From: a virus
Lineage: Duplodnaviria > Heunggongvirae > Uroviricota > Caudoviricetes
IMG/VR virus record: IMGVR_UViG_3300005758_000044
Coordinates: 1-64,000 of that record
Reading direction: 5' to 3' (one strand)
Length of the DNA: 64,000 nucleotides
Shown in pieces: positions 9,408 to 19,244 of the stretch. The position numbers were made by a program, and so were the translations under genes. Under the pieces are notes generated by a model. The model searched no databases. It saw only the letters and a list, made by a program, of their open reading frames with translations, and was not told the DNA's origin. Positions within the stretch are counted from its first letter, which is position 1, and every line of letters starts with the position of its first letter.

Positions 9408-9948
9408 AATAAATATCCCACTCTTTCATTTCATCTGGCGTTTTTTGTTTTTCAGAATCAAACAAACTACCCGTAGTTGGAATTGGATTAAACTTTTCGG
9501 AATCGATGATATATTCAAATGTCCAAATCATTTCGTCCAAAACTTCATTCCACTGAATTTCCGCTAATTCGATACCATATTTGTTTGTTGGATAGCTTGT
9601 TACAAACATACAAGATGGAACTCCAACTTTTTTCATTTTACGAAAATGTTTCAACCTTGGAAGAATATACTCAGCAAAAGTGTTTGATAAACTCCAACAT
9701 TCTTGATCACTTACTCCATACCGAAGTTTTTGATATGTAGACTTGATCCATAGTATGGTATTTCTGTATCCATCATAAATTCCCCACCCTAACCACCGTG
9801 GAACTCTATCACACCACCAATCTGCGTATTTGTTTATACGAAAATATTCTTCAGCTTCATATTTATCGATACATTGTTTGATCTCTAAATTTATTTCTTC
9901 TATTTCAGCTGGTGATCTAAAGTCGAATTCAAGTTGTTTACATTTCAT
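9325..9948 (-). CDS. hypothetical protein
   Basis: 207-aa ORF. Confidence 0.5.
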   Translation of the reverse strand: MKCKQLEFDFRSPAEIEEINLEIKQCIDKYEAEEYFRINKYADWWCDRVPRWLGWGIYDGYRNTILWIKSTYQKLRYGVSDQECWSLSNTFAEYILPRLKHFRKMKKVGVPSCMFVTSYPTNKYGIELAEIQWNEVLDEMIWTFEYIIDSEKFNPIPTTGSLFDSEKQKTPDEMKEWDIYFERAEKFNERKNKGLQLFAKHFDNLWD

Positions 9949-10055
9949 ATTCCGAACGTATCATCACATTTTATTAGCGTCAAGAACTATTTGGTCAAGA
10001 ATAAAAATGTGTCCAACTATATATTATTGACATTTCACAAAGATCAAATTAGATT

Positions 10056-10265
10056 TTGAATATGGATTACGAAAAACCATTTTACGTCAGAGGAATTAGA
10101 GTCGCAGTACGTAACGGTGGTAAATCAGTTGTTGTTTATCACAAACATACAGAGGTTTCGGAGGATCAGAGAATAATGATAGACAACGTGATTCAGTATT
10201 TGATGGACGAATACTTTGTGATAACAAAAAAGTGTAGAGTTGATATACACTGTGAAGAAAACTAA
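10056..10265 (+). CDS. hypothetical protein
   Basis: 69-aa ORF immediately upstream of the pyrophosphatase. Confidence 0.45.
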   Translation: MNMDYEKPFYVRGIRVAVRNGGKSVVVYHKHTEVSEDQRIMIDNVIQYLMDEYFVITKKCRVDIHCEEN

Positions 10266-10268
10266 GTT

Positions 10269-10793
10269 ATGAACAAACTAGATATTTTTATCGGTGAAAA
10301 AGCACCAGAAATAGTAAATGCAATAGTAGAAATACCAAAAGATAGTAGTGCAAAGTACGAATACGATCCAAAATATGACTGTTTTAGATTAGATCGTTGT
10401 TTGATTAGCAGCATGAGATATCCAGCTAGTTATGGATTTATACCACAAACAATCAGTGATGATGGTGATCCCTTGGATATTTTGGTTTATAACACTGTTC
10501 CGATTCAAACAGGAACACTAGTAGAATGTAGAATTGTCGGAGGATTAAAAACAATTGACAATGGTGTACCCGACTACAAAATCCTCGGAATACCACTGTA
10601 CAATCCAAATAACTATACTTATATCGATCAAATTGATGATGTGTTTTTGGAAGTTACCGCTGACTTTTTTACACACTACAAAAATTACAACAAATCAACC
10701 AAAACAGTATCAGTTGATAAATGGTACAGAAGAGAAACGATCTGGCAACTAATAAAAGATAAACACCAACTATACTTAAATCACAAATCGTAA
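10269..10793 (+). CDS. ppa: inorganic pyrophosphatase (family I)
   Basis: signature DGDPLDILV and overall PPase fold, 174 aa. Confidence 0.85.
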   Translation: MNKLDIFIGEKAPEIVNAIVEIPKDSSAKYEYDPKYDCFRLDRCLISSMRYPASYGFIPQTISDDGDPLDILVYNTVPIQTGTLVECRIVGGLKTIDNGVPDYKILGIPLYNPNNYTYIDQIDDVFLEVTADFFTHYKNYNKSTKTVSVDKWYRRETIWQLIKDKHQLYLNHKS

Positions 10794-11143
10794 ATTTTGA
10801 ATTTGGGATTATCGTATCCAAACTGTTTTACTAAAGATCCTGCTCTTGAGTTTGCTTCATCCTCAATATTTCCACCTACATCTTGATGTGGTTCGTTTAG
10901 ACGATTATCTTGGTTTTGTTTGTGATGAACAAATTCATGAGCTATGCTTCTAAGTATATCTGCAAGTCCACGATTTTTAACATATACCTTAGTTAGTCCA
11001 GTGGATGGATCATAAAAAGCATATGTCTTAAATGAAGGATCTCTGTCGGATACCAATTGAACTTTGAACGAATTGGTAATTCCTAGTTGAGCCAACACAT
11101 ATTTGACAAACTTGGCAATGATTAACTTCTTTTGTTTATTCAC
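10781..11143 (-). CDS. HExxH-motif protein (putative metallopeptidase-like)
   Basis: IAHEFVHH motif; loosely related to the ORF at 55551-56039. Confidence 0.45.
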   Translation of the reverse strand: MNKQKKLIIAKFVKYVLAQLGITNSFKVQLVSDRDPSFKTYAFYDPSTGLTKVYVKNRGLADILRSIAHEFVHHKQNQDNRLNEPHQDVGGNIEDEANSRAGSLVKQFGYDNPKFKIYDL

Positions 11144-11159
11144 ATGTCATAAATATGAA

Positions 11160-11990
11160 TTATGACATAAATAACTCGATTTTTTCCATTATTAGATCTA
11201 CGTCAAGTTCATTTGCATACACGTTCAATCTATTTGTTCTTCTAAAGTCCCAATATTCTTCTGGAAAATCATGTCGGTTTGCCGATTCTTCAAATATCAT
11301 ATTCTTTTTCAATGCTTCAGCACACGCTGATATGGACGTTGAATTTCCCATATGCAATTTTGCTCCGTTTATTACTTCACATATGGATAACATGTCCGTA
11401 CTGTCAAACCATTGTATTTTTTTACCACCTGCTTGTACGGTAAAAGCTTCATATTCGGATTTCGTTCCTAAAAAAACCATTTCATTTTTATACTTTTGTA
11501 CAACAGTTTTCCAAGGATAATTTGGTATTGTCCGATTGGCTCCATTGGTTCTTATGACACTTATAGGTGCTAGTGATTTTGCATCACATTCTATCCACGG
11601 TTTATATCCGTCATTAACATCTATATTAACATCACAGATCTCATAATATATGTCAGCATAACTAACCCGTGGACTGTAAAATACTGTTTTTCTAAAATAG
11701 TTCAGATTATAGTCAATATGATCTGGAACACCATATTCAAACTTGTTTATGTACGGTTGTCGTAACAGTAATCTTTTTACAAAGTTATAGGTTCTTTGAT
11801 CAAATGGTTTGTTTGGAAACACACACATTTCAACATTGGGGTTGAAATCTATATGAAGATCAATATGAGAATATAAATCACTTTTACCTACAGACTGAAT
11901 TACTTTTAATCCATATAGCAAATCGCCTATTTCTCCTGAATGATAAAAAGTAGGAAACATAAGTTTGGATGTGAAGTCGCTTGTCTTCAC
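11160..11990 (-). CDS. GT9 (heptosyltransferase-like) glycosyltransferase
   Basis: C-terminal GT-B pattern KIQWFDSTDMLSICEVINGAKLHMGNSTSISACAEAL. Confidence 0.5.
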   Translation of the reverse strand: MKTSDFTSKLMFPTFYHSGEIGDLLYGLKVIQSVGKSDLYSHIDLHIDFNPNVEMCVFPNKPFDQRTYNFVKRLLLRQPYINKFEYGVPDHIDYNLNYFRKTVFYSPRVSYADIYYEICDVNIDVNDGYKPWIECDAKSLAPISVIRTNGANRTIPNYPWKTVVQKYKNEMVFLGTKSEYEAFTVQAGGKKIQWFDSTDMLSICEVINGAKLHMGNSTSISACAEALKKNMIFEESANRHDFPEEYWDFRRTNRLNVYANELDVDLIMEKIELFMS

Positions 11991-12033
11991 TGGGTTTCAC
12001 GGAACTTACTCGTCAGCAATTACCATCCAAAAA

Positions 12034-12282
12034 TTACGACAACTGAATTTTATTCTGAAGTTCCTTCGGAACAAATTCTTCATTTACCGATCCGCATGAA
12101 ACACAATAGAATGTTGGAATTGGTAAATAACCGTCTCTTCCGTCTGGATTTATCAATGCGCTTACTTTACGGAGAAATACTCCCTGATTAAACACAGTGT
12201 TTCCACAGTTGGTGCAGTTAACTTCGGTTGTTTGTTTAACGTCGATGCCTCCGCGTGGAGCTTGTAGTGGTGTTTGATTCAT
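12034..12282 (-). CDS. hypothetical Zn-ribbon protein
   Basis: CTNCGN...CVSCGS. Confidence 0.45.
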   Translation of the reverse strand: MNQTPLQAPRGGIDVKQTTEVNCTNCGNTVFNQGVFLRKVSALINPDGRDGYLPIPTFYCVSCGSVNEEFVPKELQNKIQLS

Positions 12283-12295
12283 AACTTTGTTTTGT

Positions 12296-12661
12296 TTACT
12301 TAAGGTTTACGAGCTTATATTTAAGCTTGTTTAGAACCGCCAACATTTCATCTCTAATATTGAGAAGATCAGTGTCTTGTTCTTTAATCTCCTTTGGAAG
12401 ATCATTTGTCAAATACCCAATAGCAGAATCAATAAACGCAACTGGTTCTTGATCCGTTATATTTGATAATTTAATGTTGAATCCGCCTTTGGAGGAAATC
12501 TTTCCGTTTTTACCCATGAACACTTCAACGAATTGATCCATCAATCCATCAAGATCAGTATATGCTTCGCCTAAAGCCTCATGAGCGCTAAAACTATCAA
12601 CTTGCCAGTGATATACATGAAGTTGATGTGTCAATGTAAGAAGTGTGGTTACAAAATTCAT
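12296..12661 (-). CDS. hypothetical protein
   Basis: 121-aa ORF. Confidence 0.5.
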   Translation of the reverse strand: MNFVTTLLTLTHQLHVYHWQVDSFSAHEALGEAYTDLDGLMDQFVEVFMGKNGKISSKGGFNIKLSNITDQEPVAFIDSAIGYLTNDLPKEIKEQDTDLLNIRDEMLAVLNKLKYKLVNLK

Positions 12662-12693
12662 ATGTTAGATTACAATAAATATACATCTGGTTG

Positions 12694-12891
12694 TTATTTC
12701 TTTCTCAGAACAATATTAAATTTAGTCACCTTGGACTTACAAACAATATTGCCTTCACCGAGGATTGCATAAATGTCATCAAATATATGAAGCAAATCGC
12801 CCGGATCAATGTCCGATCCTTCTTTGAGTTTCGTATACTTTGTCATTTCTTTTTCTTCAACACGAACTAGATTGTCAGCAAATAATTTCAT
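12694..12891 (-). CDS. hypothetical protein
   Basis: 65-aa ORF. Confidence 0.4.
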   Translation of the reverse strand: MKLFADNLVRVEEKEMTKYTKLKEGSDIDPGDLLHIFDDIYAILGEGNIVCKSKVTKFNIVLRKK

Positions 12892-12900
12892 TTTGTAGTG

Positions 12901-13503
12901 TTAGTATATGTAGTTAAATGGTTTCCAAATACCAATTCCACCGCTATTATGTGGATACCCATATTTAACAGTTCCTTCTTTTTGTTTGGATATAATTTCC
13001 ATCTTGTGACCTATCAGTCCATCCCATACACGTCGAACACCATATGTGTCTTTATGAATGTGGTTTGGATTTATATCATGAAATGCTACTACACCTCTGG
13101 TCGATAACAGTTTGGAATAGATGTTGAAATCTTCCATAACCTTATCGAATGTGTGATCACCATCGATGAAAATCAAATCAAATTTAGAGTTGTCAGTCTG
13201 TTTCAATACTGTATTGACCGTATTTGGATTTTGTGAAGACGCGTTGATCAATACAACATCAGACGCAAACATTCTGTGTTTTTCCCGTTCTTCAGCATAT
13301 TCGGGTGGAACAATATCAATAGATACTTTGAATCCGCTACTGTATTGACACATAAGCCAAAATGTAACACCGGTATACGTTCCAATCTCAAGAATGTTGT
13401 TGGGTTTATATTCTCTCAAAAATGCTTCAAATGCACACAATTCATCATACACCTGTCGGCAATCTTCAAAATTGGTAAATACATGATCTACGTAACTTTT
13501 CAT
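12901..13503 (-). CDS. class I SAM-dependent methyltransferase
   Basis: motif I ILEIGTYTGVTF and LIFIDGDHTFDKV (macrocin-O-MTase/cephalosporin-hydroxylase-like MTase family). Confidence 0.6.
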   Translation of the reverse strand: MKSYVDHVFTNFEDCRQVYDELCAFEAFLREYKPNNILEIGTYTGVTFWLMCQYSSGFKVSIDIVPPEYAEEREKHRMFASDVVLINASSQNPNTVNTVLKQTDNSKFDLIFIDGDHTFDKVMEDFNIYSKLLSTRGVVAFHDINPNHIHKDTYGVRRVWDGLIGHKMEIISKQKEGTVKYGYPHNSGGIGIWKPFNYIY

Positions 13504-13607
13504 TTTGTTATACTTATAGTCTATATGTATTGTGTTGTCAATTTTATAACACCAAGACTGTTTAATTTATTTAGATAACATCACCCACTTGTGGATATTT
13601 ATAACAT

Positions 13608-15224
13608 ATGTCAATCATCAAAACTCAGTTAAAGTACGCAGAATTCACTGATACCAATAAGGTTTTAGCAAATAAAACTGTTGAGATTCAAGGTGCTAAT
13701 TTGTTGATGCGTACCGACAAAGACGGATATCCAGTTGGTGAAAACGTTAGTGCATCGCCTGTAAATGACTCAGATCCTTTTAGAGTCGTTGTTTTTCAAG
13801 ACGACAAATTCAAAATAATAGACAGTGATTTAGTAGGAAATCGCGGTGCTAAAGGTCCACAGGGTGATAAAGGCATTCAAGGTGACAAAGGTGAGCCAGG
13901 CGACAAAGGTGAACTGGGAGATCGTGGTCCACAAGGACTTCCGGGTGGTCCAGAAGGATATAGAGGACCGCAAGGTGACAAAGGCGAACCAGGCGACAAA
14001 GGCGAACGTGGTGACAAAGGCGAACCGGGAGATTTAGGTCCACAAGGATTGATAGGGCCACAAGGACTACCCGGTGGTCCAGAAGGATATAGAGGGCCAC
14101 AAGGTGACAAAGGTGAACCAGGCGACAAAGGTGAACGTGGTGACAAAGGTGAACAGGGTGATATTGGTCCGCAAGGTTTTATTGGTGCACAAGGTTTTAT
14201 TGGTGCACAAGGTTTGCCTGGTAAAGACGGCGTAGATGGTATTGATGGTGATAAAGGACCCATCGGCGACAAAGGAATTGATGGTGATAAAGGACCCGTT
14301 GGTGATAAAGGGCAAATTGGTGATAAAGGTCCACAAGGTGACCGTGGACCACAAGGGTTGCCAGGAGGAGCTCAAGGCGCACAGGGTGCTCAAGGTTTTC
14401 CCGGTATACCAAAAATCATATACAAACTGTCGCCAACAAACACTACTATAAGAAACCTAGTATTCGACGAAAAGGTTTTTTTCCAGAATGTTATTATCGG
14501 TAGATGTGAAAACGGTTCAACATCTGTTGATATAACAAAAAAAATCTGTTTTGCTGATTGTATATTTAATGCGAACGACACTCTGATTGATATTCAAAAT
14601 GATATTTTGAACGGAATAGTAAACGAAATTAGTTTTGAACGATGCCAGTTTAATGGATTGAAAGCTAATCAATCTATCATAAAATTTTCCAATAACTCAA
14701 AAATCAAAAGCATTTCATTTATCAATAACACATTTGAAGCTAGCGGTTTTGATGAATTGCCTAGATTTATAATATCAGGGTTGGGACGTGGTGCAAATAT
14801 AGAAAGATTTGTGTTTAACGACAACGATTTGTCCGACTTTGGTGTGGGTCAAAAGTTTGAAATCCCAGAACTGTTTCATCCTTCTGTTGAATCTTACATC
14901 GTAAGAAACAATCGTGGATTTGCTACAAAAATAACCAAAAAAGTATCAATCAACCCCGGATCAACAAACAGTGGATTTGTAACATTGTCATTAAGCGAAT
15001 TTCCATTTGGGTTTGCTGAAAATAACGAATTATCACTATCGTCAATCAAAGTAATTCCGGTATCACATCCTGGCAATTTTACTTCAGGCAATGGATGGTA
15101 TATTTCAAAACACACCAACTGGCCAACGGAAACTACTCCGGCAAAATTCATGCTAAACTCAATAATAGCACCATCTTCTATATGGTCATTCGTTGTTGAA
15201 ATTAACTGTGAAACAAAAAACTAA
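13608..15224 (+). CDS. collagen-like triple-helix repeat protein with non-collagenous C-terminal domain (fibre/tail-fibre candidate)
   Basis: ~190 residues of uninterrupted G-X-Y (GDKGEPGDKGERGDKGE...) then about 270-aa Asn/Ser-rich C-terminal domain. Confidence 0.8.
   Translation: MSIIKTQLKYAEFTDTNKVLANKTVEIQGANLLMRTDKDGYPVGENVSASPVNDSDPFRVVVFQDDKFKIIDSDLVGNRGAKGPQGDKGIQGDKGEPGDKGELGDRGPQGLPGGPEGYRGPQGDKGEPGDKGERGDKGEPGDLGPQGLIGPQGLPGGPEGYRGPQGDKGEPGDKGERGDKGEQGDIGPQGFIGAQGFIGAQGLPGKDGVDGIDGDKGPIGDKGIDGDKGPVGDKGQIGDKGPQGDRGPQGLPGGAQGAQGAQGFPGIPKIIYKLSPTNTTIRNLVFDEKVFFQNVIIGRCENGSTSVDITKKICFADCIFNANDTLIDIQNDILNGIVNEISFERCQFNGLKANQSIIKFSNNSKIKSISFINNTFEASGFDELPRFIISGLGRGANIERFVFNDNDLSDFGVGQKFEIPELFHPSVESYIVRNNRGFATKITKKVSINPGSTNSGFVTLSLSEFPFGFAENNELSLSSIKVIPVSHPGNFTSGNGWYISKHTNWPTETTPAKFMLNSIIAPSSIWSFVVEINCETKN
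13837..14410 (+). repeat. G-X-Y collagen coding repeats
   Basis: 9/18-nt periodic ggtgacaaaggcgaaccaggc units. Confidence 0.85.
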
Positions 15225-15225
15225 A

Positions 15226-15258
15226 TAAAAAAACCCACCTTTCGGTGGGTTTTTTGTT
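15226..15258. terminator. bidirectional rho-independent terminator
   Basis: aaaaaaacccacc-tttcg-gtgggttttttg. Confidence 0.8.
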
Positions 15259-15608
15259 TAGACTCTTTTCTTTTTATACAAACTCAACAGTATTGTATTT
15301 GCTTTTGTTTTATCTTTGTGGTTAACATACTCTTTCAATACCAACTGAATAGCTGGATCATCTTTAGCTTTGTTTAACCACTCACGAAATTCGTCTGGGT
15401 CATAGTCACCACCAGTAGGATCCGTTTCTCTTGGATCCATTTTGGCACCTACATCTGTTTCCCATCCACGTCCCGGTTCATCACCGTTATCATCGGTCTT
15501 TTTCACATCAGTAGGTTCAGAAGATTCCATCGAACACGCAGCACATGATTCATTTAATACTTCATCAATGGCTTCACGAATAAGTTGTCTAAGTTTTTCA
15601 GTGGTCAT
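15258..15608 (-). CDS. hypothetical acidic protein
   Basis: 116 aa D/E/P-rich. Confidence 0.5.
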   Translation of the reverse strand: MTTEKLRQLIREAIDEVLNESCAACSMESSEPTDVKKTDDNGDEPGRGWETDVGAKMDPRETDPTGGDYDPDEFREWLNKAKDDPAIQLVLKEYVNHKDKTKANTILLSLYKKKRV

Positions 15609-15634
15609 ACAAATAAATATAGGTAAATTACCGA

Positions 15635-15883
15635 TTATCTACTTTTTATACACTGAAAACTATCTACGGGTACTTCCAACAACACATCATTGTTGTCCAA
15701 TACCAAGTTGACAAACCTACTATCAATGCTTTCGATTTTGTCAACATTGTAAATGTCGTTACGATTAATATAACGAGGCCATACTTCTTTTAAGTTGGTC
15801 TTGTCAATATCTATATCCATGTTTTTTAAGAATCTAATCTTCATAGTGCTAATAATATAGTAGATACTAATGCTTTTTGTCAA
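15635..15883 (-). CDS. hypothetical protein
   Basis: 82-aa ORF. Confidence 0.45.
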   Translation of the reverse strand: MTKSISIYYIISTMKIRFLKNMDIDIDKTNLKEVWPRYINRNDIYNVDKIESIDSRFVNLVLDNNDVLLEVPVDSFQCIKSR

Positions 15884-15889
15884 CTATTT

Positions 15890-16510
15890 CTACTTTATTA
15901 TATACCACGAACGAACCCATTCTTCGTTTGTAGTATTTACTTTATAGTTGTTTTGTGTACAAAATTCATCAACGGCACTGATTACACCAAATACTCCATG
16001 GTAAAAAGAATACGATCCATCAGGGCGTTGTCCCGACCAAATATGTTTATCTTTACCATTCGAATTAAAATTTCCATCATACCAGTTCATTCTAAAATAA
16101 TCATGACCGGCAAATATTCCACCTTTTCTAACTTTTGGAAACCACATTTCCAAATCTCGTTTCACAAAATCATAACGATGATTGGCATCAATATAAACAA
16201 AATCTAAGGATTCATCATCGAAAAACTCAATAGCATCTTCGCTGAAACACCTTAACATATGACATCTACGTTCGTGTCCAGCAATACTATTAAAACAATT
16301 GGTGTACGTTGTAACCGGATTACAACTATTCAAAACATCTTGATACTCACCATCATCTAATTTTGCCCAAACATCAATCAAATACAACTTTCCAGACCAC
16401 CGTTGAAGAATTTGTTGAGCATATTCACCCTCAAATGCACCAACCTCAACGCCCCTTCCAGTTAGTTTGTGTTGTTCAAACAAATTTACCAAATCGTTTC
16501 TGTCATTCAT
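15890..16510 (-). CDS. class I SAM-dependent methyltransferase (same family as 12901-13503)
   Basis: GVEVGAFEGEYA motif I and FVYIDANHRYDFV. Confidence 0.6.
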   Translation of the reverse strand: MNDRNDLVNLFEQHKLTGRGVEVGAFEGEYAQQILQRWSGKLYLIDVWAKLDDGEYQDVLNSCNPVTTYTNCFNSIAGHERRCHMLRCFSEDAIEFFDDESLDFVYIDANHRYDFVKRDLEMWFPKVRKGGIFAGHDYFRMNWYDGNFNSNGKDKHIWSGQRPDGSYSFYHGVFGVISAVDEFCTQNNYKVNTTNEEWVRSWYIIK

Positions 16511-16515
16511 ATAAT

Positions 16516-16893
16516 TTACGAATGTGATTTATCATCATCATACATTGTACTTTCAAGTCTATTCAGTCTATCTAAAATAGAATTGATCACATCATCAGAT
16601 GATGGGTCTTTATCCTGTTGTTGTTTGATACGTCGATCATTTTCAATTTTTTCAATACGATCCAACACATCTCTAATACCTTGATCGTCAGATTCGCTAA
16701 GAATGTCACATGTCCAGTCTTCAACACCATCGCTGTTTTTACCAAGCAACGTCGGATACAGTTCCAACAACTCTTGTTCAATCATCTTTACAAATGGATC
16801 AATTTGTTCTGATTGAATTTTTCTAATTTTACGAGCGTAGAGAAGAATTGAATGAATAGAAATTGCTCTATTGGTCATTTGTTTTTTGTTCAT
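16516..16893 (-). CDS. hypothetical protein
   Basis: 125-aa ORF. Confidence 0.5.
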   Translation of the reverse strand: MNKKQMTNRAISIHSILLYARKIRKIQSEQIDPFVKMIEQELLELYPTLLGKNSDGVEDWTCDILSESDDQGIRDVLDRIEKIENDRRIKQQQDKDPSSDDVINSILDRLNRLESTMYDDDKSHS

Positions 16894-16928
16894 AAGTTAT
16901 AACGTATCTTATAGATATAGTTGGGTCA

Positions 16929-16962
16929 ATAAAAAACCCACAAGAACTCAATCTTGTGGGGA
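16929..16962 (-). terminator. rho-independent terminator for 16991-17839
   Basis: cccacaag-aactcaat-cttgtggg hairpin with flanking A-run on plus (T-run on minus). Confidence 0.7.
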
Positions 16963-16990
16963 TTATACTAATTAGATAACACTATTCTAA

Positions 16991-17839
16991 TTATTTCTCA
17001 TTCTCATTTTTTGTAATACCACCTTTGCTCTTGGCTCTAAGTGCAAAATTGTATTGTGCCATCTTTACTCTGTTTTGATGTGGAATTGGTTTTCCAGCTT
17101 TCTTCAAAGCATCATTTTGTTTTTCCAATGCTGCTTTCATCTTTTCAATCTCAGCTTTGGACTTGTCATCAAACATACCCTTTTTGCTAGGGTGAACTGC
17201 TGGTTTTCCACCTTTGCCTTTACCACTCAACCAACCACCCTTGCCTTTAGCAGACTCGTTTGTTGGTTCAAACGGTGATGGATGATTAGGAACAGAACCA
17301 CCAGCTTCAGCAACTGGTGACATAGCAAGTCTCGACAGTGCCTTGTTAGCCAAATCAATATCAATTTTTGCTTTTTCAATTCCAGCAAGATGTTCGCCCG
17401 GTACACCGTGATCTTCACGTATACCTTTGATACCAATAGATGATGCTACTTTGGTAACACCTTTAGTTGCTTCTACTGCCTCTTCCAATACACGACGAGT
17501 TGCTTCATTTACCTTGGTCAATGCCAACGCAAAGGCTTCTTTGTATTTGATGTTATCACGCGTATAACCCTTTCTGGTAATTTCAGCAATAAATTTCTCG
17601 GTAACCAATGTTTTGTCTTCTACTGATTCAAGCGATTCCAACAATGCTCGAATTTGTGATTCCATGGCAGTATGTTTAGCTTCCATTTCTTTCAATCGTT
17701 GTTTTTCACGATTCAATTCTTCGGTCAACATACCAAACTCATTGATCAATGATTGAGTTTGTGGATCGTCTGCTCTAACTTCGTTTACAATTTCTTGATA
17801 TACTTCTTGAATGATTTGTTTTAGGTCGTTTCGTGTCAT
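16991..17839 (-). CDS. coiled-coil protein (structural/scaffold candidate)
   Basis: 282 aa, heptad-rich, Lys/Gly-rich C-terminus. Confidence 0.5.
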   Translation of the reverse strand: MTRNDLKQIIQEVYQEIVNEVRADDPQTQSLINEFGMLTEELNREKQRLKEMEAKHTAMESQIRALLESLESVEDKTLVTEKFIAEITRKGYTRDNIKYKEAFALALTKVNEATRRVLEEAVEATKGVTKVASSIGIKGIREDHGVPGEHLAGIEKAKIDIDLANKALSRLAMSPVAEAGGSVPNHPSPFEPTNESAKGKGGWLSGKGKGGKPAVHPSKKGMFDDKSKAEIEKMKAALEKQNDALKKAGKPIPHQNRVKMAQYNFALRAKSKGGITKNENEK

Positions 17840-17888
17840 AGGAATAAAATGTTATATGCTGCATAGCATGATAACATAAATATATTCC

Positions 17889-18209
17889 TTATGCTGAAAC
17901 TATACCCTTTTTTATCAACGATTCGAACCACTGACGCCCAACATTTGTAAACCTATAATCCCATATGAGTCTGCCATATTTGCGACTCAATTCTTTTACC
18001 GTCAATGTTCCATAACCTTTTCTCTGAAACTCATCATTTATACTAATGTATTCGATACATACACCCTCATACTCTAGGGTGGGTTTATAATACTTACACC
18101 ACCCCACAACATTTTGTTGGTTATCACGAATGGTACAATAATATCGTTCCAAATCGTCTTGTTCCAAATAAATGTGATCAAAATAAACTCTATTCTTTAG
18201 TCCTACCAT
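17889..18209 (-). CDS. GNAT family N-acetyltransferase
   Basis: acetyl-CoA binding motif FQRKGYGTLTV. Confidence 0.55.
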   Translation of the reverse strand: MVGLKNRVYFDHIYLEQDDLERYYCTIRDNQQNVVGWCKYYKPTLEYEGVCIEYISINDEFQRKGYGTLTVKELSRKYGRLIWDYRFTNVGRQWFESLIKKGIVSA

Positions 18210-18215
18210 ATTGTG

Positions 18216-19244
18216 TCAATTCAAATAATCAAGAAGTCTATCCAAAACTTTTTTATATTCATCAAACCATGCTTTGTTTCCACATTGTGTTGTTGGTATT
18301 TTAGATAAATCAATTGTTTCATTGGTCTCTGCCAAACCATATGAATTTGCATCAGCACAATTTGCATGTTGTTCATAATGATTTGGCATAGGTACCATCA
18401 ACAATGGCTTGTTTTGATATATAGCTTCTGAACTGGTTTCAAAACCCCCACTACATACCACGGCTTTACAAACTTTCATTTTTTCCTGAAACAACTTAGA
18501 ATCTAAGTTGTACAAATGTAAGTTGGATGGAACGATGTGTTGTTTAGTCAATTTAGTAAAACATTGTATTTGAAGTTCTGGATGATTTTTTGACTCTTCA
18601 ATCAACTGTGGTAACATGTCTTCATTCATTAGATATACAAGAACAAAATCTTCCATCTTGTAATCTGCTATCTCATAACTTTCACGCCGAAGTATTGGTG
18701 GACTCACAATCATTTTTGAGTCAACAAATTTATAGTAACTCAACGCTACAATTTTTGCCCGAATACTTGTCACCCAATTTATGATGGCTAGAAATAGTTT
18801 TTGTACATAGTATCCATCTATACGAGGATACATGTGTGAATACATAGAATATTGATGACCAATACTAACATATTTGATGCGTGGGAAAAATATTGCAGTC
18901 AATCCAACCAACGGTTCGTAGTAATTAAATATAACGTCTGGTTTTTCTTTTCGTATTCGGTCACATATTTTTATGAATGAACTTGCAAGTCTTGGTAACT
19001 CATATATATTTTTCAAAAATGTTTTCCATATAATCACCCTCCCGTCTTTGCCAAATACAAAATCAAATCCTTCATATTCTATCACTTCGAATTCTTGTTT
19101 GAAATATTGTGACAAACCTTTTTTCTTTTTAGCAGCAAATGCGCAGCCGATCTTATATCCCTTGGATTCAAGATATTGTTTTACGGCAATCGATTGTGTT
19201 ATATGTCCGTTACCCTCTGTTTGAACTCCGAATAAAATCTTCAT
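18216..19244 (-). CDS. GT1-family (MGT/MurG-like) glycosyltransferase
   Basis: N-terminal GNGHITQS and C-terminal CSGGFETSSEAIYQNKPLLMVPM...EQHANCA donor-binding motif. Confidence 0.7.
   Translation of the reverse strand: MKILFGVQTEGNGHITQSIAVKQYLESKGYKIGCAFAAKKKKGLSQYFKQEFEVIEYEGFDFVFGKDGRVIIWKTFLKNIYELPRLASSFIKICDRIRKEKPDVIFNYYEPLVGLTAIFFPRIKYVSIGHQYSMYSHMYPRIDGYYVQKLFLAIINWVTSIRAKIVALSYYKFVDSKMIVSPPILRRESYEIADYKMEDFVLVYLMNEDMLPQLIEESKNHPELQIQCFTKLTKQHIVPSNLHLYNLDSKLFQEKMKVCKAVVCSGGFETSSEAIYQNKPLLMVPMPNHYEQHANCADANSYGLAETNETIDLSKIPTTQCGNKAWFDEYKKVLDRLLDYLN

Noticed and set aside
13846-14451. Multiple short ORFs on both strands within the collagen repeat
   Set aside because: Periodic GGNGANAAAGG repeats create open frames in every phase. 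Only the G-X-Y frame continues into a full-length protein.
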